DNA of 62,920 bases, taken from the NCBI GenBank assembly GCA_022813965.1, contig JALDZS010000059.1, positions 62,001 to 124,920 on the forward strand, given 5' to 3'. How positions within the stretch are numbered: the stretch's first letter is position 1; each line of letters opens with the position of its first letter. The translations under genes and the position numbers were made by a program. Below, in pieces: positions 12,507 through 23,607 of this stretch. The stretch is from Toensbergia leucococca. Taxonomy: Eukaryota. A model generated the notes under the pieces. It ran no database searches. It was not told the DNA's origin and saw only the letters and a list, made by a program, of their open reading frames with translations.

Positions 12507-12527
12507 GTACATCATCACCGAAAAAGC

Positions 12528-15500
12528 TCAATGGCTCTGAATACTCTGCCCCATCATAAGCGCCCCCTCAATCTCATCCTCCGCCTCAAGCTCCATCATC
12601 TTCTCACTAAACACCTCACCCTCCCACTCCTCCCTAACACGCACCCCGCCCATCTTCTTACCCAATTGCACATCTTTCTCTGCCGTCGGTGTGGCCTCTA
12701 AACTCGTCGATTGCAATGCCGTAGCCAAAGTGTCCGCCGTGCCTGGTCTACCAACGTCGTCCCCTTCAGACCTTGTATAAAGCCCACTAAACGGCAGGCC
12801 ATTGGCAATATTATGGTTCCGAGCTAGATACGTCTGCAGCCTAGCAACTTCGCGATCCCATCTCTGCGTCAAACTGCCCACGGCAGCTCGGACTTCTTTA
12901 TCGGTGTATCCCGGCGACGGCGGTTGTTTATCGGTAGCGCGGCTCGAAAAGGAGCGCTGGCCTACCATTGCTGCTGCGCTTAGAGTTTTCCGTACGGTGC
13001 CTTTTGCTGATGAGGGCAAGGAGCTTGAACTGGGGCCACGAAGGTCTTCGATTTCGCGATCGACCTTCTTCAACGACCATGCTCGGTCGCTGTCCATGGC
13101 TGGCATATATAGAATTGAAGTATTGTGTTCCAGGCTGTTGACTAGGACAGTGAAAGCTTGGAGGTTTATTTCGTTGTTCTCACAGTATACCTCTCGAAGG
13201 GTCCTGTTCTCTTCAAGTACCGAGGCAAGAGTGCTGGCACCTTGAAGACCTAGCCTTTGATGCTCAATACGCAGGATTTTTAGGGACTTGTTGTGTTTCA
13301 GGCCTGTCAAGGCATGATTCAATCCAATCCCGAATGTGGCGACATCAAGGTGCGCAAGCTCGCCTGAGATATTCAACTCTTCAAGGGTGTTGTTTTCGGC
13401 AAACATGCGTTTTAGCTCATCACAGGTATCTTCACTTGCGTCATATGGCAGAGACGCTTTGGAGATATCAAGGGTCCTGAGTCCGGTGTTCTTGGTTAGA
13501 GCTTCGATGAAATTCTGGAAATGTTTTTCGTTCTTGTACTCCACCATCTGCAATGTCATGTGAACGGGCGTAATGGAGCGCCCAATAGCTTCCACAAGCA
13601 TTTCATGCTCCTGCTCAAGGCGATTTTCACAAAGATAGAGATGAAGCTCACGTGGTTGATCTGTTCCCCTACTAAGTGCTCGTAACAAGACGGCCACGTC
13701 TTTACCACTTAGCTGGCACTGTTTGAGATGGAGTTCACGAAGCGTATCGGATTGAGAGCTGGCGAGATATGTTGAAATAGCGTCCACGCTTTGGCCATTC
13801 AGGGTGGTGTGACTGAATTCAAGGTCCTCCAATTTCCACGCAAGCAAGGTATCTGCTGAAATCAGGGGTCCTGGCCCCGATGTACGTTGTAAGTCCGAGA
13901 GATTGACTTTCCGTATGTAATTGAATCGACCGATCTGCCCTTGCAGATTCTCTGGGTCGATTCGTGCTAAATTTCCTGAAATATTAATCGACTCCATAGT
14001 GCTGCCCTGATGCAGCATAGCCTGAAGGACGGTATGCATGCTCCGATCCGTCAAACCACAGCCCCCGAGGTCTAGTGCGCGGAAGTGACACAGTCTTTCC
14101 ACGGCAGCAGCATACAGGTAGTCAACGTCGGTATCTGCGAGAGTTATTCCATCGAGAATGATCCAATCTACATTTGTGAGTTGCTTTGCGCAAAGTGGGA
14201 AAAGCGCTTCACACACACCGCAGCCAGGATCTCGCAAATCATTGCAATCGTTTGGCTTTCTCGTTAAACAGCGGGAGAAGTCAAGTCGTCGCAATCTCTT
14301 GCTCTTTAGAGCGAGCGCTTGAATCTCTTGCACAATGAACCAGGATCTCTCCTGTTCTGGAATATTGAGAGGGTCACCGGATCTCGTTGTCCAAGGGACG
14401 TGGTCAGACCCATATTGATCACGTACACCGTGCAAAGGGTCTAGGTTGATATTCCGAAAAGATATTGAGTGGAAGGACTCATTGTAACGCAGTGCCCGCA
14501 TGACAGCTAGGAGCTCCAACAGAGTATAATTTGACCTTCGAGAGTCAGCCGGAGGCATTAATTCAAAACCTGGCGCATTTTCACAGGCGTAATTGATCGT
14601 ATATCGGATATTTGAAGTGTTCACATCATAGCCAGCACAGTAGGCCGTGAGAGTTCGATCAAAGCATCGATGTTCGTCTCCTTCTGTTTCAACTGGGAAG
14701 AACTCGTCATCCAAGCTTTGAGGAACATTCCAAGTAAATGGCTGCTCAAGCCACTCAGGTCTCAAGTATTCGGCAGCTTGTCGAAGACAGAGTGCAATGT
14801 CGGTGACGCACGAAGACGCCAAGTACAAAACCGATTGTTGCCGAAGGGGTATTCGGAAGGTAAGCTGAAAAGCATCGTCGAAACGTTGGACACTCATTGA
14901 TGTGAGAGTAGTAATGCCATGCGAGGCTCCAGTCATTTCTGTCAACGAAGTGCTCGAGCCGGTCTTTGTAGACTTTGGTAGAGGGATAAGATGAACCTTG
15001 TAGGCTCCGATGACAAGATAGCAGAGGATTGAAGTCAATTTTGCCAAATCATCCGAGGAAGATCGTCCGGCTGACTTTGTTGCTCTTTGAACCACTTTGA
15101 ACATCCGGAATTGATTTGGGTCGTAGTCACGTTCCTGCTCTAAGGCTCGGGCAACATACTCTACCACGTTCTGGGCGAATGGCAAAGGTTCCGTCAAGCG
15201 AGCACTGGCTGTAGCAGCTCGAATGGTTGTCAGCCATTCCGCGGATTCTCGAGGATCACTGAGTTGTAGGGTCAATGCTGATGATGTATTGGTCTCTTCA
15301 TCTAAATGAGAGATCTCTATACTAAAATACGGGCGTCCGTCATCGAGCTTGTAGACTGCGACAATGTGATTTAGAGTTATTCCATGGTAGTTATCTGCAG
15401 GCGCATGAAGATCGTGAAGAGAGCCCATTGAATTCATCCTCGTGTGCCGCATGTTGTTCTGCTTCCCAAGCGATGCCGGGATGCTTGGAAAGGTCTCTGA

Positions 15501-16025
15501 AGCTCTGGTCTGACTTTTGAAACGTACCAGATGCTTGTCCGTGAGCACAAGGTATTGACTTTTCTTCCGAAAAACTCCACCAGAAGTCTGCACTTCCCCA
15601 TGGTGTAGAACTTCCCTCCCGGCGACATCGAGAAAATTTGAGCCATCTTCGTGAACGGACGAAGGGGCCGACGTAGTTCGAGTTAGAATTTCGTCGTCGT
15701 CATCATGTAGGGAAGAGAGTGAACGGAGGGAACCAAATATGCTTGAGGGTCGGCCCGACTTACGCAAGCTTCGCGGTCTTGTAGTAGGGAAAGACAGTCT
15801 GTCTACACTACCCTTCGAATTGACGCGTTCAAGGCTTGAGGGGCTCGAGGGGCTCGAGGGTGTGGGGGGATCAAAAAAAGATGCGGGGCGGCGTTTCTTT
15901 TTCAGAGTTGTAGGGATGCTACTGGGTTGGTCGTCGTCCATGAGCGTTAGGCCGGTCAAGGAAGGGCGAAAGATGCTCAGGCTTTTCCGTCGACGCATGT
16001 TGGACATGGTCTCGGTTGGCTCCAA
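12528..16025 (-). CDS. Large intronless protein: PH-like domain plus RNI-like leucine-rich repeats
   Basis: 1165-aa ORF; GGVFRKKSQYLVLTDKHLVRFKS...EWLTTIR is PH-like; repeated LxxLxLxxNxL units (LRELHLKQCQL, LEELNISG, LREVYCENNEI). Confidence 0.88.
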   Translation of the reverse strand: MEPTETMSNMRRRKSLSIFRPSLTGLTLMDDDQPSSIPTTLKKKRRPASFFDPPTPSSPSSPSSLERVNSKGSVDRLSFPTTRPRSLRKSGRPSSIFGSLRSLSSLHDDDDEILTRTTSAPSSVHEDGSNFLDVAGREVLHHGEVQTSGGVFRKKSQYLVLTDKHLVRFKSQTRASETFPSIPASLGKQNNMRHTRMNSMGSLHDLHAPADNYHGITLNHIVAVYKLDDGRPYFSIEISHLDEETNTSSALTLQLSDPRESAEWLTTIRAATASARLTEPLPFAQNVVEYVARALEQERDYDPNQFRMFKVVQRATKSAGRSSSDDLAKLTSILCYLVIGAYKVHLIPLPKSTKTGSSTSLTEMTGASHGITTLTSMSVQRFDDAFQLTFRIPLRQQSVLYLASSCVTDIALCLRQAAEYLRPEWLEQPFTWNVPQSLDDEFFPVETEGDEHRCFDRTLTAYCAGYDVNTSNIRYTINYACENAPGFELMPPADSRRSNYTLLELLAVMRALRYNESFHSISFRNINLDPLHGVRDQYGSDHVPWTTRSGDPLNIPEQERSWFIVQEIQALALKSKRLRRLDFSRCLTRKPNDCNDLRDPGCGVCEALFPLCAKQLTNVDWIILDGITLADTDVDYLYAAAVERLCHFRALDLGGCGLTDRSMHTVLQAMLHQGSTMESINISGNLARIDPENLQGQIGRFNYIRKVNLSDLQRTSGPGPLISADTLLAWKLEDLEFSHTTLNGQSVDAISTYLASSQSDTLRELHLKQCQLSGKDVAVLLRALSRGTDQPRELHLYLCENRLEQEHEMLVEAIGRSITPVHMTLQMVEYKNEKHFQNFIEALTKNTGLRTLDISKASLPYDASEDTCDELKRMFAENNTLEELNISGELAHLDVATFGIGLNHALTGLKHNKSLKILRIEHQRLGLQGASTLASVLEENRTLREVYCENNEINLQAFTVLVNSLEHNTSILYMPAMDSDRAWSLKKVDREIEDLRGPSSSSLPSSAKGTVRKTLSAAAMVGQRSFSSRATDKQPPSPGYTDKEVRAAVGSLTQRWDREVARLQTYLARNHNIANGLPFSGLYTRSEGDDVGRPGTADTLATALQSTSLEATPTAEKDVQLGKKMGGVRVREEWEGEVFSEKMMELEAEDEIEGALMMGQSIQSH

Positions 16026-16529
16026 ATGATTGTGGGAGTCGTCTAGAGGACGTGATGGGTCAGCGTGTGTGCAAAGATCAGAGGCAATCAGAGTACTTCT
16101 TCGTCGATGTATTCTACATGGATATCAAGGTAATTGCCATTGACTGCCCGAGGGCCAGGTGAAGGTACGTTTAAGCGTAACGTGGGAATGTCTAAGACAC
16201 GGAAATAGGAAAGAGCAAGGCACCATCATGGCCAGCCGTGGTGTTGCTCAGTCGGATCGAGTCATAGCCAAGTGCTTCATTCCAGATGAAGTGACCTACG
16301 TCTCTGACACGAGTAGCAAAAGAGAGTAATAGTGGGCATTTATTGCATCATCAATGGTGAGTAAATAACCGTAAGAGTGTTCTGATACTCTGTATGGATA
16401 GATTTTGTGGCCACAGGGATCATGTTTCAGTAACGACGCACAACTACTCGGACGAACATGGAAACAGCAGAGACACTTTCCCACTCTACTCGTAGACTAT
16501 CCCTAACAAAATACAAGTATATCAACTCA

Positions 16530-19500
16530 TCATTCACCATTACACTCCACCTCGGACATTGGAGCATCCACCGGCTTGTCAACAGTCGACCGTCCCAATA
16601 CGGTCACCGGCTTTTGCCTGTCTATCTCGTCTTGCTCCATCCTCCAAGCCTTTCCCTGCCGACTTAATTCTCGGAGTTTCTGCACATAGTGACTCGCCGT
16701 CTCCTCTGTAGCATCGTCCCCTTGATTGTCTAACTTCTTTTTTCTGCGAGATTGACATGCCAGGTACAGCCCCCATGCTCGATCCTGATTCGGTACATCT
16801 GTCAATGCATACTCCATCGACCATTCATCGTCAGGCCTCAGCTCTTCAGGGCGCAGGACATATCGGTTGTTGACCTTGTTCCGCACCGTAAGCGTCATGG
16901 CCAATATTGCCGACGATCCTAGAGGTACAACAGAAGATGACTCGTGCTCAATCGCATCGAGGAACTCCGAGTCAGCTTGGCTTTCCGATTGTTCGCCTTG
17001 CTCCGTCGTGTCTTCGGCCTCTTGCAGTTCGTCATTCCAAGAGCTGGCCTCTTCCATACTCGCTTGATCAGCGGTCTCGCTCGCTTGTGCAGCGTGCTGA
17101 TCCTCGGCCGAATGGGAGTGCTCAATTTCGCTGTCATCGTCAATGTCTAATGGCTTTCCTTCCTCAGTCTCTGCTTGCTCATATATCTCTCCTTCCTTCA
17201 CTATCTCTACCTCTGTTTTACCTTCATATCCATCTGCTTCGGTTACCATTTCACCTCCGTCATTCCCATTTGAGTTTTCACCTCTATTTCCTTCGTCTTC
17301 GGCTTGGCTCGCAAGTTCCAGGCTTTCTTGACTTTCATCATCCATGTTTTCTTCCAGACCCTGACTCGCCGCTACTTCACCCTCCTGGTCCCCACCTCTA
17401 TCTCCTTCGTCTTCTTCGTCCTGTGCAGACCCCTCACATTCTTCCTCGTCATCTACAATGTCACCGGGTCCTTCAGCTGTAGCTGCTTCAGTCACAGGAT
17501 CGTCCCCGTGATCCTCTTCACTAGAATTGATTAGTGCGTTGAGAGAACTTCCATCGCGTTCTTCCTGATATAATTTTGCGGACTCCGTCTCTTCCGTTGC
17601 CGCAATGGGCGACTCTTCTGCTAAACCATTAATCTGAAGAGACATTTCGTCATTTGTCATGGCCTCTTGCACTCTAGCTTGTATGTCTGCCCATGCATTG
17701 TCCCGCTCTTCGGCAGCTGTGGCTGTCGAATCTTCCTTGTTTAGCCCTAATATATTACGTTCGAACTCCTCGATCTTTGCGTCATTTTGCGACTGTAATT
17801 CTCTGACCTGGTCCTCCGTTACTGGCTCAGCGAAAATGTACATGAAAGGCGTTTGTGTCTCTCGTGTCTCGAAGTGAATTCGAAGAGACTACACTAAGTG
17901 TTATTCAAACCTGACTTACCTGACTTCACCTAGCGACCTACCTGTTCGGGATATTGCTTTGTAGCCTTGTCTAAAACCTTATTCAGAAGATCTAGGCTCA
18001 GCTTGAACTCCTGGTCTCCAATCGATGTGTCCCATTGGCCATGAAGCGTAGAATCCATCTCTGGTAGACTGATATATTGAAACCCAAAAATTCTTTCGGT
18101 GTTGTGGAAAGCAACGAAGATCCCATCCATTCTACCCATCCTGACCTGCAGTGAATATTTCAAGAACGCCGCCCGAATCATGTCAAAATACTCCCTCTCG
18201 AAGGATTCCCACTCTCCTTGGCTAGTTTTGATCTGATAACCCATGCCATGCTGAGGGCTCTGAGCCTCCATTCGAATGGAAACAACAGCCCTCGTCTTCA
18301 AGTCAAACATGCCGCTGCCAGGTAAGCGAGCATCAAAGGCGTCAAGTTGAGACCTCATCAAGAAGTCTCCCATTGTAGAGTAGTGGAACGACTCAGGTGC
18401 ATTTCGTTCATCGCTTGAAACCTGGTCAGGGCTGGATTTACGGTACCTTTCATACCCTTCAGTACTCAAGGTAAGCAATTTTTCCATGGACTTTCCAAGC
18501 ATACTGAGAATGCTTGCACTTGCGAATTGTTTATCGGCATCAATCGCGTAGGATCCGTTCTTCCATCTTAGAAAAATGGCAGAAGGACATCGCTGCAGTA
18601 GGGTGAAGTTTGTTCCCTTTTCGGGGAAATTTCTCGAGAGCATACTAGTGTTGATTGGGCGCCACTGAGAAAGAAGGAAATGGAAATGGGCCAATGCACC
18701 CGTCATACTCGACGATGAACCCACATATCGCTTTTTGAGCGACTGGGCTAGCTGCTTGAGAGACTGGTCTCTTGAAGATGTGATGTATTCCTTGAGAGCA
18801 TTGAAATCAAATTCTGAGACAGGCATTATTGTCTGAAGATAGGGGTCAAAATTGAAAACTCGAGATCTTGGGTCTTGTAATTGATAGACGCCGGGGCTGT
18901 GAATACGTCAATAACAGCGGTAGGGATGGCGAACGCCCCCCAAAAACTTACTTGAAAAGAACCCTGTCAAGTCCATAAGAAAGTTCTGGTACAGGAGGCT
19001 GCTCAACCGCAACCGCTGGTTTCAGTCAGAGATTGTACCAGCTAGAGGGTGGACATGAGAACTCACAGGATATTTCAAGCCCTGTAGCCGCGATTGACTC
19101 GATCTTGGTCTTGGCATCACCGATAACAACAACCTTATCTTGCATAGCTAGGGCTTTTCCGAGTGAACTGTGACCTTTAATTTGCGATAGTTTTACGCCT
19201 TTCAATTTCTTCAACCCGCCTTCAAGGCCTTTGGTTGAATGATTCTGTACTAGGCCTCCCCCTTTAGACGACTTTGGCTTGCTAGGCATTTTCAATTCCT
19301 TTGGGCCTGATTTATAGCTTCTAGTCTCATGATCCTGTGCCATACCTTCTGGTTCCTGAGGCTGCTTCAAAGATGAATCATGGCTTTGAGCTGCATAGTT
19401 CCGCACTAGGTCTTTTGATGTTTTGGAAGTTTCAGCTGGAACAATTGGATCTGACTCAGAAGGCTGTAATGGAGGTTCAAACTGCTCCGTCTGCATTTCA

Positions 19501-20526
19501 ATATGATGGTTATTGAGCGCATTCTCTTGAGCCGAGCTTACCTTTAACTTTGCTGTGCTAAGATATGGTGATATTCTTAGCTTAGGCTGCGTTGTCTTGG
19601 CCTGTTTCAGTATCTTTTTTTTAACCTGTAGCTGGATCTTCTCTTTTGCCTCTAGAGCCTCTCGCTGCGTCGTGACATCGGATAGCAATGTTTGAAGGAC
19701 CTCACGTGTTACCTGGGGCGCTTTTTCCATGGGATTCTCAGATTTCGCCTGTCTTGAGTCCAATTTCGTTATGGATTCATTGTACCCAGCTATAGGTCTT
19801 GCTAATTCAGTGTTGTTGCGCCCTGATATTTTTCCATCATGTTTGATTTCTAAAGCGGTCTTTGGCGCAATGGAAGTCAGTGTTTATTTCGGTATCCAAA
19901 TTCATAAGAACTTCATTATTTTCACTAACCGTGTTTGTTGGTCCGGTGGTTTTATCCTAAAGTTTTCCTTAAGCGTCAAATATTCCAATCTATATGAATG
20001 AATTCCTTACCAGCGCCTTCTGAAGTTTGGCTATTGTTGCCTCCAACTCCAAATTTCGAGCTTGTAAGTTCTCGGCTGAGCCATTCTCTGAATCCTTGTT
20101 GTCTAGAGTTCTTCGAAACTTTGGAAGCTTTTCTACTCGACTTTTCCCCAATGCTTTTCGCACAGATGGATGTCGTGACGGGGTGTCAGGCTGTGAAGCA
20201 CTGTTCCCTGGTGTCGTGACTTTGCGTGCAATCTTCTTTCCCGCACGACGGAGGCCATCTCCCTTGTGCTTGACATCGGCACGAGATTGTTGGTTTGACT
20301 TCCTTGGGGATGCAACTTTTTTTCTGCCGGGATCTGGCAAGATGTCTTCTTCAATAAGGTCATGGTAAAGAGCATTAGCAACAGCGGGATCAGGGGAAGG
20401 ATAGACGAAATGAGTGGTTGCGTAGGGAGATCGAGGTATTTGTCGATTACTGACTCGTAGTAAGCATGAGAGGCAGATGTGACCTCGAGTTGGCTTAAGG
20501 ACGCCTCTTAAAGGGTTGATGTTCAT
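16530..20526 (-). CDS. PET127: Mitochondrial RNA-processing protein Pet127, multi-exon
   Basis: LSYGLDRVLF|PGVYQLQDPRSRVFNFDPYL, YITSSRD, YVGSSSSMT, MRSQLDA, FDLKTRA, FEREYFDMIRAAFLKYSLQVRMGRMDGIFVAFHN; Arg-rich N-terminal presequence. Confidence 0.93.
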
Positions 20527-22587
20527 TCAGAGGATGTTGGGATGGCAAAGAATGAAATTCACGAAACTTGAGTCTTTCTCTTGTCGCGAATCATTCAAAA
20601 ATGTTTTGGTGGTAGGGATTGTTACGAGGCGTGCCGGATTAGGCCCCCGTAGAATATTTTACAAGATGTACAAGTACTCCGTAGATTAGAATACGGTAGA
20701 GTGAGGATAATAAGCAGTAAATATCCGAGCCACCTACTCGTAGTTCTCACATCTGAGGGTTTCGAGGATCGGGTAGGGAGGTAAGAAGGAAGGAAGGAAG
20801 GAAGGAGAGAGGATAAGTAGCTACTCGCACATGTGCTCGCACTCGTCTTCTGTCCTTGTTTTTCTATTCTACTTGCATGTACTATAACGAGTCCGATTAC
20901 TCACTATCGTACTCGTACCGTGCTGAGACGCCTATCACTCCGTCAGCTGCCTTCATCATTCTTGCTAGCCATTCTGCTTCTCGTTATTCACTGTTACACC
21001 TCCGACACGTAGTCCCTTAATTTGCCAAACTACTACGAGTACATGTCATTGTCTTTCACTGTCATTGTTGGATTGAAAGATCCGTTGCTCTGTATGCATA
21101 GTCAACCCTCAAGGCCATCAAGTTCAGCGAAGGAAGAACGCACTGATTCCATTTGATGGAGAGTCTGGAGTCGTGATGGGGTTCAGATAACAGAAGCACT
21201 CCGGGTATCGTCTTGCTATGTCGATAGACGACTTTGCAAGCCACGAAGGCCAATACACCTTCTCAAAATCCTACGACTACTAATGAAAAGAGAAAGAAAA
21301 CAGATCAGGCAATGAGATAGCTCGAGATAGGATGGGATGAAATCAAAAATTCTAGAGTCAGCTAATGTGGAAGAGTCAGCCATACTAACCGTCTCAAGAT
21401 GTTCTGGTCTTTATTGTATATCTGTGCTCTCTCTTTCGAACTAATGCTTATCGAAAGACAATCCTCATAGCTTCCCATCTATTGATGGGCTTGCTTGAGC
21501 AACGAGCTAGCCAATTCATGGAATTTACTGATTCAAATATGGTTATAGCCATCCGCCATTACCCTGCTTCAGGCTCGGTTTCTCTACCTTAAACGGATCC
21601 AACCCACTGCTAATGACCATTCCTTGGCCTTTGGAGAATCCAAACTTGACCTTCTCGAATCTTGATCCACATCCACGGTCCAATCCTTGGCGTGCTAATG
21701 CCATTAAGCCGCAGTAATTCTCAAACTAAAAGCCGGATAGCTAAAGTCACCAATTTGGTAATCTTGACGGCGAGGCCATCAACAGCGCTACCATCTGAAG
21801 CGTGGGAAATTGTACTCCTATGCAGACTATTAAAACAATGTCCTTCGGAGAGCCGGTGTAATTATTTAAGACACATTTTTCTGTTAATGCTCATTCTGTT
21901 GCAGCTAGATACGCAACACCACACATCAGTCTGCATCAACGGTCTCTGGATTTATTGACCTTCACTCAGAGGCGAGCACTAAAGTCTCCAAATATCACAC
22001 TCTTTGGAACCAATATCTAGAATTAGCATGGAATGTTGGCAGTCCCGGCAAAACCTACGCCTAATTGGTTTCCTCGTCCTACTTCCTTCGGCTACCACGA
22101 ATTTAGGCATACTTAAGGGTAAACGTTCACAGTCCTATGAAGAGGAGAATCAATGATGTTGCAGAAACAAGCTGAACGGTAGATTTTGGAATAAAAGCCG
22201 AAAGTTGTGGGCTAATCTTTAGAGCTGAAGTACTCCGGCCAGATCTTCTATGCTCTCAAAGCCGGGAACATATCGCTTGAGCTCCTCCTCTTCACCGAGA
22301 AACAACCGCTTCAATAATCACGATCAAGCTTTTGAGGCCATTCCCCTACAGAGCCTATCGGTGCTTGACGCATATAAGTGCTTCATCGATGTTTGGTGTG
22401 CGAATTCGAGGCGTCCAATCTGCTTGAAGCAGCTTTCAATTTGAATCACAAGGAGATTGACAGCCCTCAAGTCTGCGTATATATATGCACATCTGCAGTT
22501 CAAATACTTCTCCGCTTTCAAAATTATTAATATTGAATAGCACAAATCCAACATTCAAAGCGTTCTCCATTATCATCCTCAGTCAAA

Positions 22588-23607
22588 ATGCTAATTTTCT
22601 TTGTTCTGTACTTTACTTCCACTACCTTGTCTGTCTTCGTTCATCTAGGGACTGATAGCGCTACTTCACCAGCCCTGTCGTTACGAACTACCACTGTTGA
22701 GGTTGATAACGACATAACTTGCAGTATACTTTACGGGCGTCCATCCTCCTCTGACTGTTCAGAGGTTCTTAATAAGGTTCAAACTTTCCTGGGCAGCAAC
22801 GACGCCGCTGCGGATGCTTTCGAGCAGAACTATTACGAGTTCGTATCCATTGGTCATCAAGCCAGAGAAAATTCAATAGAATATTCGCAGGAAATATCAG
22901 GCATTTACTACACACCTCTTTATTGGGCGAACGGTCAGTCTTCTCACCTCGTCTTTCACCTGTACATAGATCCTCACCTCTTTCTCACAGGCAATTGCGT
23001 CGGCGCTCTTTTCATCGATCGGAGTCCTGGGAGTATAACCACAGATGTAGATAGATGGCAGAATATCCACATGAATGGATATTCACTTAACATAGCCTGC
23101 ATTATAGGTAACGATATGGGGGGATACAAACAACATGGTGGTAGAGATGGGGGCATGATCTTTTACCTTTTCGGCGTAGACTCACCCTTCCACCTTTTAC
23201 TAGACATGAAGCTCCGTTGCCCAGCCTGCAACCAAGGGAACTGTTTTTACGGCTCAGGTCAACAATGCTCAAATAATCCTCAGACAAGAGAGAATCCAAG
23301 ACCAGCACCAGACCCCGAAATTCCATCAAGCTTACCGCAGCAAGAAGGCGACGTTCACATTACGGTTCCAGAGGTCTGTGAACGACCTTGTAGTTCACAG
23401 GCGGATTGCCACTGCGGGGATGATTACCGATGTGTACAAGACGTTTCTGTGTTTGCGCGGTTGAGGCCGGTAACGATGCAGTGTATCTTTATACCGCTTT
23501 CTGCTGGGCTTCATGGGAAGAGAGATGTTAAATCTCCGGACAATTTGATGTTATTATTGTCGGGGTGTGTATGCAATGCAACATACACAGGCACCGAGTG
23601 TTGCTGA
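22588..23607 (+). CDS. Secreted cysteine-rich protein; probable 57-nt intron 22934-22990
   Basis: Hydrophobic signal peptide, many Cys, KR site near the C-terminus, ends CVCNATYTGTECC; TATATAT upstream. Confidence 0.75.
   Translation: MLIFFVLYFTSTTLSVFVHLGTDSATSPALSLRTTTVEVDNDITCSILYGRPSSSDCSEVLNKVQTFLGSNDAAADAFEQNYYEFVSIGHQARENSIEYSQEISGIYYTPLYWANGQSSHLVFHLYIDPHLFLTGNCVGALFIDRSPGSITTDVDRWQNIHMNGYSLNIACIIGNDMGGYKQHGGRDGGMIFYLFGVDSPFHLLLDMKLRCPACNQGNCFYGSGQQCSNNPQTRENPRPAPDPEIPSSLPQQEGDVHITVPEVCERPCSSQADCHCGDDYRCVQDVSVFARLRPVTMQCIFIPLSAGLHGKRDVKSPDNLMLLLSGCVCNATYTGTECC

Noticed and set aside
12256..12540. Poly-Ser ORF
   Set aside because: A product of the (CAT)n microsatellite antisense to the 3' end of the LRR gene.
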